Positions 28,171 to 40,876 of a stretch of DNA of 64,000 nucleotides are shown here, in pieces (the stretch's first letter is position 1; every line of letters begins with the position of its first letter). Position numbers and translations under genes: made by a program. The notes under the pieces were generated by a model. It made no database searches. It was not told the origin of the DNA and saw only the letters and a program-made list of their open reading frames with translations. Source of the DNA: Octopus vulgaris (taxonomy: Eukaryota); contig OX597819.1 in NCBI GenBank assembly GCA_951406725.2, forward strand, positions 111,910,001 through 111,974,000. The letters are read 5' to 3'.

Positions 28171-28660
28171 GAAAGATGGAGACACCTATTACACAATTAA
28201 AATCTTTTTTTTTTTTTTCGGGTCAAACACTAGAGTTTAAAGGTCATGGTCTGAAGATATGAATTTTCCGAGTCCTCTCCTCCACCAACCCCGTTCGCGT
28301 CGCACGTTTTTTTTTTTTCATATTCATTTACGGCAAGTTGTTTTACACCTTTTACACTATTTTTTCTTCTTTTTTTTTTTGCTCGGGTCAAAAACGTTTG
28401 ACCCAATTATGTATTCGCACGCGTGTGTTTGCATGAGTATCTATATCTTCGTGCATACGTGTATGTGTATGACTGTGTATCGATATGTGTGTGCGTAACT
28501 ATAATTCCTCTTATCCTTAGAGACTATTTCACGTGCTATTTAATTCATATATGTTGATCACATCACGTGCTTTCCTTTTCCTTCCACTTATGTGAATGTA
28601 GGCAGACACACGCATGCGTAAACAATTATGGGTATGTGTAGATGAATTTTAAGTGTGTAT

Positions 28661-29027
28661 ACTCTTTTACTCTTTTACTTGTTTCAGTCATTTGAGTGCG
28701 GCCATGCTGGAGCACCGCCTTTATTCGAGCAACTCGACCCCGGGACTTATTCTTTTTGTAAGCCCAGTACTTATTCTATCGGTCTCTTTTTGCCGAACCG
28801 CTAGGTGACGGGGACATAAACACACCAGCATCGGTTGTCAAGCAATGCTAGGGGGACAAACACAGACAGACAAACACACACACATGCATATATATATATA
28901 CATATATACGACGGGCTTCTTTTAGTTTCCGTCTACCAAATCCACTCACAAGGCTTTGGTCGGCCCGAGGCTATAATAGAAGACACTTGCCCAAGGTGCC
29001 ACGCAGTGGGACTGAACCCGGAACCAT
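28661..29027 (-). mobile_element. SINE family A, head truncated
   Basis: Matches other family A copies. Confidence 0.9.
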
Positions 29028-29331
29028 ATGCACATGTGTGTATATGTATATATGTATATATAATTGTGTGTGCATATGTGTAAACGCATGTCTGTATATG
29101 TATGTATACATACATATGAGTATATGCACATGCACGCGTGTATGCATGCATATATGTATGCTTATGTAAATGTGTGTATATATGAGTAGATGCGCATACA
29201 TATGAGTACGTGTACGTGTGTGTGTTCACATATGTGTGTGTACATATGAATGAGCGCGTGTGTATATATGTATGTATATGAACGTGTGTATATATGTATA
29301 TTGATACATATGTGTATGTGTGTATGTGCAC

Positions 29332-29382
<51 letters not shown>

Positions 29383-29576
29383 TACATATATATTTTTGTA
29401 TATGTGTGCGTATGTACATGCATGTATATACATGTGCATGTCTATGTCTATGCATTTGTATGCATGTGTATGTATGTATATGTATGTATATGTATGGAAT
29501 AATTGTACGTACGATGCACACATGAGTATGCGTGCGTGTGTGTGTATACATGTATGTGTGTATGCGTGTATGCATG

Positions 29577-29627
<51 letters not shown>

Positions 29628-29942
29628 ATATGTGGGTGTAAGCATGTGTATATAGTACATATACATATATAAATTTTTATAATTCTAATTATACCTCAAA
29701 AATGAATATAATATATATATATATATTAACTATAAATTTACCTTATTTATATTCATCATCCCTCCATCGTCTCTATTTTTATTTCATTTCTTGCTCCAAT
29801 TTTCTTTATTTTACATTATCCCTAATCATATTCTAATCCATATGTAAACCCTTAACCCGATCATATGATAATACAAATCCTAAACCGTAATATTCAGTCA
29901 GCTGAAATGAATTAATAGGTCCACATATAACATCTCAAGGTA

Positions 29943-30060
29943 CATCTTTTTGTTTTTCTCTGACGAAACTATGTTCAAGTCACATAAATGCAAATTTAAT
30001 ATACAAATTTGTAATTAAATTATTGAGTATTAATTGAAACAGCTGTAAGAAACGAAGATG
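29943..30060 (+). ncRNA. Type I hammerhead ribozyme with long stem II
   Basis: CTGACGA 29960-29966 and GAAAC-AGCT-GTA 30036-30047. Stem I is TTTCT/AGAAA, extended by CATCTT/AAGATG. Confidence 0.7.
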
Positions 30061-30142
30061 ACAAATTTGTTAATAATAAATAATTGTTAACTTCCTTATC
30101 TCCATTTTCTTTTCTTCTTTTAACTGGATATAATATATATAT

Positions 30143-30327
30143 ATCAAAATAAGCAACAAGAATATCTTCGGTAATTTGGTACGATCGTTTCACGCTACAT
30201 CATTTTATTAAACAATAGTACCAAATTACCGAAGATATTCTTGTTGCTTATTTTGATTATAACACCGTACAAAATTCTGGTGCATCTGACTTAAGTACCA
30301 TATTCATTTGAATCTAAATTTTGCTGA
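30143..30327. mobile_element. Fold-back PLE-like element, family P1 (minimal), in (TA)n
   Basis: Perfect 40-bp arms at 30143-30182 and 30218-30257. The right extension is the reverse complement of the 17856-17910 extension. Confidence 0.85.
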
Positions 30328-30393
<66 letters not shown>

Positions 30394-30759
30394 GTGTATG
30401 CGTATGTCTTTGTGTCTTTTTTGTCCCTCTCCCCACCCCAATCGCTTGATAACCGATGTTGGTGTGTTTTCGTCCCCGTAACTTAGCGGTTCGGCAAAAT
30501 AGACCGATAGAATAAGAGAATAAGTACCAGGCTTACAAGGATAGGTAGATGACTAGCAGTAGGTCTACAGCAACGGTCATATAGATGACCGTCTACATTA
30601 GTGTTTTGTGCGGTAGTGGTATGCGTCGTGGTAGTAGTAGTCGGTGGTAAGGTGATGGCAGGCAACAGCAACAATCATTGTCGTGGTGATGATGATGTTA
30701 GACGTGGCAGTACCTGAGCTGGGGACTATTGGTAATTTACAGGAGCCATCAGCCCAAAT

Positions 30760-31460
30760 CCAACTGATTATTGATTTTTTTAGTTAAGCCAGTGGATCGA
30801 CAAGAGTTCCTTGATACGGAGATTTTTCTATGCATCTCACCGAGGTCAGTATGGAAAGTATCTCGTCTATGGTGTTACAGCATTTAAGTATGAGCTTGTG
30901 GAAGGAAGACGCGTTTGTAGTCAGCTGTTCCTTCAATTGGACGCATTGCGGTCGGAGAGTACTACCGATGTAGTAGTCGCTGCATTTGGAACAACGTACG
31001 TATATGATAAACCACGTCTGTCAACTGACGCTTGTGTCGAGGATAGATAGATCATTAGTGTGCTGGGCTGTTGCTCTGATTGAGATCTCTTCGCTAAGAG
31101 GTTTCAATGCAAGCAACCCGAGTGGGCCAGCAAGATATCGAGACCCTGCGGATGGCCGTGATGGTCTTTTCGTTAAGGTGAAGAATTCTTAGGAAGCCGG
31201 TATTAGAGAGATTTCTCTTGCCACTTTTGTTTGCCTTATGGCCATGCAGAGAGTTGCTAATGGACGCTGAGTAGTGCTGATTCTAAAAATCTTCAGAAAC
31301 TGTGCAACTCGAGTGGCCCAGCTGCTATTGTTACTGCATCTCTAGTAACCAGATGTAGACAGACGACTTCGTCCTCTTTGAAGCTGGTTTTCCTCTGAGG
31401 CGGAAAACTGACTTGTAGTAAACGAAGAGGTCTCGGTTGGCTACTTTTCAGTACAGCACC
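30760..31460 (-). pseudogene. Decayed Penelope-like ORF C-terminus (RT thumb plus GIY-YIG endonuclease)
   Basis: The minus strand gives NRDLFVYYKS, then DVVYHI, a frameshift, and CSKCSDYYIGSTLRPQCVQLKEQL (YIGST at 30958-30972). Confidence 0.8.
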
Positions 31461-32210
31461 GTATCAATTTTTCATTCGTTTGTAATACTTTTGATCGAAA
31501 GTTGAACAGGGACAGGAATCCAGGATCCAAGCTTGTTTGCTTGGTTACCTGCAATCATGAAATCCGCGCTAAACTAGAAACAGGCACCAAATATATCAAG
31601 GATGTCTGCAATATATCATTTAGCGTGACCCACATGAATGATAGCATATGCTGTAATCTCTACGGGTAGCAACTGTTACACAACCTATCATTATGCGTGG
31701 ACCAGCTGGCTCTAGGATATGGTATATCCGATAGCTTACAATTCACACACACACACATGCACACATTATATATATGTGTGTGCGTGTGTGTGTGTGTGTA
31801 AAATTTTGACGCCATTTGTGTTTACGTTTTATTCCTACGTTACACCAAGAAGCCACATCTGAGCCGGATCTCGGGTTTAAATTGTATTCGGTATTTACTT
31901 ATTTACGGTCTCCTGCTGACACTACATGTATTAAATGTTGTTTATGTCACTGTCAGATCTGTTTATTATATGTAGATAACGAAAACAATGTCGCATTTTA
32001 AACCTGAGAAAAGTATTGCCATAGTTTTATAGTTCAACTTACAGATTGTATTCGTAATGTACGAAGCGAATCACTTGGTTGATTGCTTTTTCTGAAAATC
32101 CAAGTTTATGCATATAAATATGTATGTAGTATGTATGTATGTATGTATGTATGTATGTATGTATGTATGTATGTATGTATGTATGTATGTATGTGTGTAT
32201 GTATGTGTAT

Positions 32211-32242
<32 letters not shown>

Positions 32243-32358
32243 TTATATATACACACACGCGTTTCAGATAAGCGCGCCATAGATAAAGCGGAATTTCATC
32301 TCTTACGCAAAATATTCCTCAGTTAAAACAGATCAACGTGTTCGTTTGTTTGGCTTAT

Positions 32359-32619
32359 GAGCTTGCGTGGCTTAGTGGTTAGGGTGTCAGCATCATGATC
32401 GTAAGATTGTGGTTTCGATTCCTGGACCAAGCGACACGCTGTGTTCTTGAGTGAAACACTTCATTTCCCGTTGCTCCAGTCAACTCAGCTGGTAAAAATG
32501 AGTAACGCTGCGATGGACTGGCGTCCCGTCCAGCTGGGGAACACATACGCCATAGAAACCGGGAAAACCGGGCCCATGAGCCTGGCTAGGCTTTAAAGGA
32601 GCGCATTTATTTATTTATT
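32359..32619 (+). mobile_element. tRNA-derived SINE family C
   Basis: TGGCTTAGTGG...GTTTCGATTCC head, GCGATGGACTGGCGTCCCGTCCAG box and (ATTT)n tail. Homologous to 61064-61325. Confidence 0.9.
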
Positions 32620-32919
32620 ATATGTATATATAGATATGTGTGTGTGTAGGTATATATGTGTATGTTTGCATGTTTGTTTTTATGTTCTCGTTTCTCATTT
32701 TGCTCACGTTTGACTTTATACTTTGTCCTCTTTATTATTACGCATATATTCTTTATTACGTCGTATATATTCTTTTGCTTGTCCATCCTCCTTTTTATAT
32801 ATGCATACATATATATATATGTATGAATATGTATACACACACACACACAAATATGTATGTATATGCATATATGGTGGCACTCCGTCGGTCACGATGACGA
32901 GGGTTCCATTTGATCTAAT

Positions 32920-34130
32920 CAACTTCGTTTGCAATTCTCTTCTGTTTAGCGTTATTAGATGAATCAGATTGGAAACTCAGCAATGATTGCTTCAATTCTC
33001 TTCTTCGGCAGTGATACATTATTTTTGGACACTGATATTCGCAACAAATAATTCTAAGGTAGAATATCGTAGTAAGAGTAACAATTTCTTAAAATTTACC
33101 TATTTTAAAATTAAACTCGTAAGAGATTTCAGTTACTCTTTTACTCTTTTACTTGTTTCAGTCATTTGACTGCGGCCATGCTGGAGCACCGCCTTTAGTC
33201 GAGCAAATCGACCCCGGGACTTATTCTTTGTAAGCCCAGTACTTATTCTATCGGTCTCTTTTGCCGAACCGCTAAGTGACGGGGACGTAAACACACCAGC
33301 ATCGGTTGTCAAGCAATGCTGGGGGACAAACACAGACACACAAACATAAATATATACATATATACGACAGGCTTCTTTCAGTTTCTGTCTACCAAATCCA
33401 CTCACAAGGCATTGGTCGGCCCGGGGCTATAGCAGAAGACACTTGCCCAAGATGCCACGCAGTGGGACTGAACCCGGAACCATGTGGTTGGTTAGCAAGC
33501 TACTTACCACACAGCCACTCCTGCGCCTAGTTCAAGCAATTGTTTTGTTTTTTTTTTCAATTTCTTCAGAGTTATGTTTTTTTGAGTTAAACACAAAATG
33601 ATTTCAGTATAAACTTTGTTCAAAGAAGTAAGAAAAATTATTCAGTGAAAATTCTCACCTGAAAAGTCCTTTCTGAATGTATATTTTGGGAAATTTCAAA
33701 AATTTTCTTTCCTTTTTCGCGAATAATAATCCTCTCTGACTAGAAGAAATAAAATGATCTTTTAATATCCGTCTCTGTTCATATATATACGTGTGTAGTG
33801 ATGCGTTTATTACCATAAATCTCTAACAACTGCAACAACGACAATCACCAGCACCACCGCCGCCGTCACCACCACGAGTACCACAACAACAACAATAACA
33901 ACAACTGACCCAGCATCACCCACTCCTTAATTCAACCCACAGTTGATGACCGAGTCAGCAGCCAGTTCTGAGACAACAATTACAGCTACAACAAACACTT
34001 TGACCAGCTAATCACTAACTATTAAATCAAAACAAATTCAATTTATTGCATCTTTAACGACTTCAGATTTTGCTTATGACGGCGACAAGGAATTATTTCA
34101 AAAGTGGATAAAACAAATTCTCATACGGGG
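32920..34130 (-). repeat. Tandem duplicate of hAT 5' region (copy 1, SINE-interrupted)
   Basis: Direct repeat of 34461-35330. Confidence 0.9.
33134..33528 (-). mobile_element. SINE family A, full length, with 4-bp AGTT duplication
   Basis: The empty site GATTTCAGTTCAAGC is present in the paralog near 34670. Confidence 0.95.
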
Positions 34131-34239
34131 TGAGATTAGATGGATGCAGAGTTTGCATGCTTATTTAAACCTTTGTCTTTTGTTTTTCTTTTGCATGAAG
34201 CCAATTAGAATATCCATTTTTAATAAAACAAGTATCAGC

Positions 34240-35402
34240 TTGAGCAGAAATGCCGACAAACAAAACAAGGCTTTCTTTGAAGGAGAATACTCTAACCATG
34301 GACGACCAGTTTACCAGTTTGACGAGAAGTCACGTCTCTGATTTCCATAAATTTTTGGATCAAACTTTGCTGGAACTGGCTGCACTGGTTGGCAGTCGAC
34401 CTGTCCTAGATCATCCAATGAAGGTGTCAAAGGCTTTGCAAGACCTCCATTGAGCTGCGAAACTTCGTTTGCAATTCTCTTCTGTTTAGCGTTATTAGAT
34501 GAATCAGAATGGAAACTCAGCAATGACTGCTTCAGTTCTCTTTTTCGGTAGTGATTCATTATTTTTGGACACTGATATTCGCAACAAATAATTCTAAGGT
34601 AGAATATCCTAGTAAGAGTAACAATTTCTTAAAATTTACCTATTTTAAAATTAAACTCGTAAGAGATTTCAGTTCAAGCAATTTTTTTTTTTTTTTTTTT
34701 TTCAATTTCTTCAAAGTTATACTTTCTAAGTAAAACACAAAATGATTTCTGTATAAACTATGTTCAAAAAAGTAAGAAAAATTATTCAATGAAAGTTCTC
34801 ACCTGAAAAATCCTTTCTGAATGTATATTTATATTTTGGGAAATTTCAAAAATTTTCTTTCCTTTTTCGTGAATAATAATCCTCTCTGACTAGTGGAAAT
34901 AAAATGACTTTTTAATGTCCGTCTCTGTTCATGTATATACGTGTGTAGTGATGCGTTTACTACCATAAATCTCTAACATCAGCAGCAATTCTTCACATAC
35001 TTTTTGACAGCAACAATGACAATCTCCAGCACCACCGCCGCCGTCATCAACACGACCACAACAACAACAACTGACCCAGCGTCAGCCACTCCTTAATTCA
35101 ACCCACAGTTGATGACCGGGTCAGCAGCTAATTCTGCAACAACAATTGCAGCTACAACAAACACTTTGACCAGCTCTAATTTACCCACGCTTTCATAACA
35201 CTCACTATTAAATCAAAAGAAATTCAATTTATTGCATCTTTAACGACTTCAGATATTGCTAATGAGAAAAACAGAAGACGGCGACAAGGAATTATTTCAA
35301 AAGTGGATAAAACAAGTTCTCATACGGGGGTGGGGTTGAGATTCTAACAGGGATGCTGAGCACCCCATAGCCACCACGCCCCCCCCCCGTGGCTACGTGC
35401 TG
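34240..35402 (-). mobile_element. hAT transposon 5' end with TTF-type zinc finger remnant
   Basis: The minus strand gives YGNQRRDFSSNW*TGRPWLEYSPSKKALFC. The terminus at 35402 reads CAGCACGTAGCCACGGGGGGG. Confidence 0.75.
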
Positions 35403-35446
35403 ACACGTACATACATACATGCATACATGCATACATGCATACATAC

Positions 35447-35760
35447 AACAAAAAAGAGAACACCTACGCCGAATTACAGAGAAATTTTCAGGTACTCTAT
35501 CCAGATTACAAGTTCAGGTTTATACCTGTGATTATTAGGGCCCTGCCTAAATACCAATCTTGAGAAATTAGGCTTCTAAAAACAAGAGAGGAGAAAGCTA
35601 ATTCGAAGATTACAGATCCAAATTGTTACTGGAACTGTAAAATCTGCAAAACTTTCCAGAAGTTTATCATTTCAATATATATGAGCATGTTTAGATATGC
35701 AGCTATGTGCATGAGAATACAAACATAAAGCAAAACATACAAATCTGCACATGTACATAG
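35447..35760 (+). pseudogene. 3' end of RLE-type (R4/Dong-like) non-LTR retrotransposon in (CATA)n
   Basis: KENTYAELQRNFQVLYPDYKFRFIPVIIRAL...LEKLGF...LQIQIVTGTVK matches the RLE C-terminal pattern K..Y..L...IPV.IGALG. Confidence 0.75.
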
Positions 35761-35837
35761 ATCCATACATGCATGCATGCATCCATCCATCCATCCATCC
35801 ATCCATCCATCCATCCATCCATACATACATACATACA

Positions 35838-35871
<34 letters not shown>

Positions 35872-35884
35872 CATACATACATAC

Positions 35885-36193
35885 AAACCTACGCAGTAGA
35901 CATCAGCAAAAGCATAATAAATTTAACTATTTCTCCATCGATTGTAAACATGACGATCAGACCTAATCGATTTACGAACCTCATTGGATTCTCATCAGAG
36001 GTATCTACATCACGTGACCAATGCTAGAGAAACAATAGGCATGGCTGTGTAGTTAAGAAGCTTATTTCCCAAGTATGTGATCTTGGTTTCATTCTCACTG
36101 CGCGTCACTTTGGGCAAATGAGTTCTACTATAGGTTCGGGTCAATTAAATCCTCGTGAGTGGATTTGGTATATAGAAACTGAAGGAAGTTTGT

Positions 36194-36238
<45 letters not shown>

Positions 36239-37112
36239 GTGTTTACGAAATATGTATCTATGTGTCCGGGTTCGGACCCATTGCGTGGCAACTTCAACAA
36301 GTGACTTTTACTATAGCTTCGGGGTGACCAAAACGTTGAGTGGATTTAGAAGACGGAAACTGAAAGAACCCCATCGTATATGTGAGTATGTGTGTGTCGG
36401 CGTAGTGTGTGCGTGTGTGTGTTTTTCTGTCTGTGTTTGATCTTACTACCGCTTGACAACCGGTGCTGGTGTATTTATGTCCCCGTAACCTAACGGTTCG
36501 GCAAAAGACACTAGCAGTATAGGAAGCAAGTTTTAAAAAAAAGTGATGGAATCGATTTGTTCGACTAAAAATTCTTCAAAGGGGTGCCCCAGCATGGCCA
36601 CAGTCTAATGGCTGAAAGAAATAAATAAAAAAGAAAACAGAAAGAATCTCTGTTATACAATGTATAATTAACTGGGACTGTTTTCTCTTTTATGACTTAT
36701 AATTAATTAAGACTGTTATCTATCTTCTTTAGGATCACTGATTATCGTATCCATGATATTTTGTTCTATTTGTCTATCTTTAAATATTAGTTTTTTTTCT
36801 GTGCTAAATAATTCATTCAAATGAATTAATTCCTCTCACATATCTATATATTGTACTTTAATAAGTAGAAACATTCTTCTTTTGAATAAACTTTCTAAAT
36901 CATGGCGGTACGTAATACTCTATGGATATGTAGGCCAGTGTCTGTCTGTCTGTCTCTATGTATTTATGTATGTATGTATGTATGTATGTGTGTGTGTATG
37001 CATGTATGTGTGTATTATGTATGTATATGTGTATGTGTGTGTATGTGTGTGTATGTATGTATGTATGTGTATATTATGTATGTGTGTGTGTATGTATGTG
37101 TGTATGTGTGTA

Positions 37113-37183
<71 letters not shown>

Positions 37184-37580
37184 GCGCATGACTTAGTGGT
37201 TATGGTATTCGGCTCACGTCCGTAAACCCGCGAGTTCGATTCCTGGTGACGTGTTGTGTCCTTGAGCAAGACACTTTATTTCACGTTGCTCTAGTTCCCC
37301 CAGCTGTCAAATATGAGTAGTACCTGTATTTCAAGGGGCCAGCCTTGTCACATTCTGTGTCATTTTCCATCTCCCAGAGAACTACGTTAAGGATACGCGT
37401 GACTGCAGAGTGATCAGCCACTTGCAACTTAATGTCACGAGTATGCTGTTTGTTTGAGAGCCCACGTCGTCGTAACCGACGGAGTGCCAATATGTATGTA
37501 TATATGTGAGTATGCATGTGTGTATGTATGCATGTGTATGTGTGGTATGTATGAATATGTTTGTAAGTATATATGTAATA
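35885..37580 (+). repeat. Left arm of about 1.7-kb inverted duplication (contains SINE A and SINE E copies)
   Basis: Colinear reverse complement of about 41375-43153. Confidence 0.9.
37182..37489 (+). mobile_element. tRNA-derived SINE family E
   Basis: Head plus TTGTGTCCTTGAGCAAGACACTT core shared with family C, and a distinct tail ending CGTAACCGACGGAGTGCC. Confidence 0.8.
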
Positions 37581-38035
37581 TATGTATCTATGTATATAAG
37601 CATATGTATACGTTGGTATGTGTCCATTTTCCCTGAGACGGTCGTGGGGAAATCTATTGATGTTATTCATCACTCTCGCTCGTAGTCTACCTCCAGATCT
37701 TCTGCCAGTTGGATTGCCGTGAAGAAATCGTATATCTTTCCTGCAACATTCCAACCATATATCTTTTATACTGGGGATGTGGTTTTTCACTGCATATACG
37801 TGAGAGAGAGAGAGAGAGAGTGAAACAGAGAGAGCGTGTGAACTATAAGAGTTAAAGACATGAAAAGAAAGATGACAACACAGGAGGGAGGAAAGTATTA
37901 TATTAGTTTAACACTTACAATGAAGCGATAGAGCCATGACGTTTCGGGCGCAAGTCATTCCTCGGGAAAAGATTAAGGAAGAAAAATAGCGATATATGTG
38001 TGTTATTGTGTATGTATATATGTGCGTATCATCAT

Positions 38036-38116
<81 letters not shown>

Positions 38117-38117
38117 C

Positions 38118-38172
<55 letters not shown>

Positions 38173-38490
38173 TTCGGGAGGAGTTATAGACTGACTCAAG
38201 GGCAAAGAGATCCGCACATTAGCACTTATCAAACTAGCTCAATTCAAAAAGGTTGTTTTTTTTTTCATTTATATACGGATGATAATGATATCTCTCTGGA
38301 CTTTTCTCGAACAAATTATAAAAGCAATTACAATGTAACATGGATAATGCATATTTTTCAAATGGTTTGCCCGTTCCTACCCATCTCCCACAACCAATAT
38401 AAATGCAGCCAGCTATACTTGTAATCTTGCATATGCATCAACGGGTGTATGTGTGTATGTGCTTGCACATATTCCACACTTATATATGAG

Positions 38491-38552
<62 letters not shown>

Positions 38553-38644
38553 CAAGCATACATGTAGATATGTGTTCATGCACGTCTATCAATTTAGCTA
38601 TCTGTTAATGGATACTAAATAGTCATTATACTAGATAGTAAGAA

Positions 38645-39475
38645 GGCGGTGAGCTGGCAGAAACGTTAGCACACAAGGCGAGATGCTTAGCGCTATTTCG
38701 TCTGCCGTTACGTCCTGAGTTCAAATTCCGCCGAGGTCGACTTTACCTTTCATCCTTTCGGCGTCGATAAATTAAGTACCAGTTACGCACTGGGGTCCAT
38801 GTAATCCTTGTTTGTCCCTTCTATGTTTAGCCCCTTGTGGGCAATAAAGAAATAAGATAGTCATTATATTATTGTTTTATATCTTATTATTTCCTTTTGC
38901 CCTTTTCATGTAATATTTACATTGGGTTCAAAGTTTGGCACAAGGCCAGCAGTTTCAGAGTAGGGGCTAAATAGGTTACATCAACCCCAGCGCTCGACTG
39001 TTACTTATTTTATCGACCCCGAAAGGATGAAAGGCAAAATCGACCTCGGCGGAATTTGAACTTAGAACGTAAAGACAGACGAAATACCTATTTCTTTACT
39101 ACCCACAAGGGGTTAAACACAGAGAGGATAAACAAGGACAGACAAACGGATTAAGTCGATTATATCGACCCCAGTGCGTAACTGGTACTTATTTAATCGA
39201 CCCCGAAAGGATGAAAAGCAAAGTCGACCTCGGCGGAATTGAACATAGCGGCAGACGAAATATCGCTAGGCATTTCGCCCGGCGTGCTAACGATTCTGCC
39301 AGCTCGCCGCCTTTATAATATTTATATTTTTTTCTACTCTAGGCACAAGGCCTGAAATTTTGAAGGATGGGACCAGTCGATTAGGTCGACCCCAGTACGC
39401 AACTGGTACTTAATTTATCAACCCCGAAAGGACGAAAGGCAAAGTCGACCTCGGCGTAATTTGAACTCAGAACGT
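38645..39475. mobile_element. SINE family B cluster (one + copy, about 3 - units)
   Basis: Family B core motifs in both orientations. Confidence 0.9.
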
Positions 39476-39667
39476 ATACCTGTACGTGTGCGTGAGCATG
39501 TGTATTTATGTATAAGCGGTTGTGTGAGTCGGTTTGAATACGTGCGTGTGCGTGTATGTGTGTGTGATTTACATTTATATGTGTGTGTGTACGTGTAAAG
39601 GTTTGTTTACATTGATCCGCCTGTGTTTTTTTTTAATGCTTGTGTGCGTGCTTGCGTGTGTGTGTGT

Positions 39668-39737
<70 letters not shown>

Positions 39738-40590
39738 ATGTGTGTGTGTGTGTGTATGACTGTCCGATGTTTCTGTCACTTTGAACCCCAGCAAAAGCCA
39801 CCTCCAGCTGGTTATCGATGCATTCTGCACCTGGTATATATTGCAAGGAGGGAAGCGAACCCCTATCATCTTCTAGTAGACCACAGGGATCACCAGACCG
39901 TACGGTTTTGAGCTATTTGTGTTCATCTTCAGCGGTGGACACCCATCCGCTAAAGATAGCAATAATCCGCTCCAGCTTGCAACGCATAGAAAAACAAGCG
40001 GCAATCAATCACTGATTTTGCAACAAGCAAAGTAACAAGTCTGAAAATCTCTATAAGAGATGAAAGTCAAAAACGGCAGTAACGTCGAGTAGCCGTGCTG
40101 ATGTGGCGATAGACATTTCTTCTCAATATAGTCCCTACTTTTATCTCTTTTAGAGCTACTTTACTCGACAGGGAAATAACAACTTGACCGCCCAAACTCA
40201 AGTTCTTTAGCGAGGCACCACATTATGTATGGATGTACATGATGTGACCCAGACTGCAAATTGAATACAACACAACATGATGCACAGAATCCTGCCCGTG
40301 AAGAGTAGTAGCAGGATGGGTCGAAACGATCATCGTACAAAATAAAAACTAATACCAAATCCATCTCCTGGTCACTTAATCAATTATTATATCAACTAAT
40401 ACTGCGGAATTCCTGAAGTAGATCTGACGGGAATATACCCCAGCTGCGGATGAAACCAGGTAGCCCAGACCGTACCAGTCCTTTGCTCAACACATCAAAA
40501 CAATAATTGACATATACCTGTAGTGACCCCTTGCGGTCTAGTAGGAATGCAAAACGAAAAAGGGATCTAATGAGAGTAAACCCCCTCGAC

Positions 40591-40681
40591 CTTCTCGAAA
40601 ATTCTCGGATGTTCTAGAAGCTTTCATTTAACTTCCGGATGATGTGAAAGTCAGGGACTTTCGGTTCATCCCTTCTATAAA
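40591..40681 (+). promoter_or_regulatory. Heat-shock element array plus TATA box
   Basis: cTTCt-cGAAa-aTTCt-cGGAt-gTTCt-aGAAg at 40591-40620 and TATAAA at 40676-40681. Confidence 0.55.
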
Positions 40682-40876
40682 GCGAACGCATTTCTAATCC
40701 CTCCTCACTAGCAGATCGAAAAAACTACAAGAAAAATCTACAGTCAGAAGATAAATTCTAACACTATAATGTTCTTAACAAACAAATCAGCCTCTCTGTC
40801 TGTATATCTACCCTCTTTATAATGTTGGCAATTGACATGGAAATAAGTATATGTATTGATGGAAAACCTCTATGAA

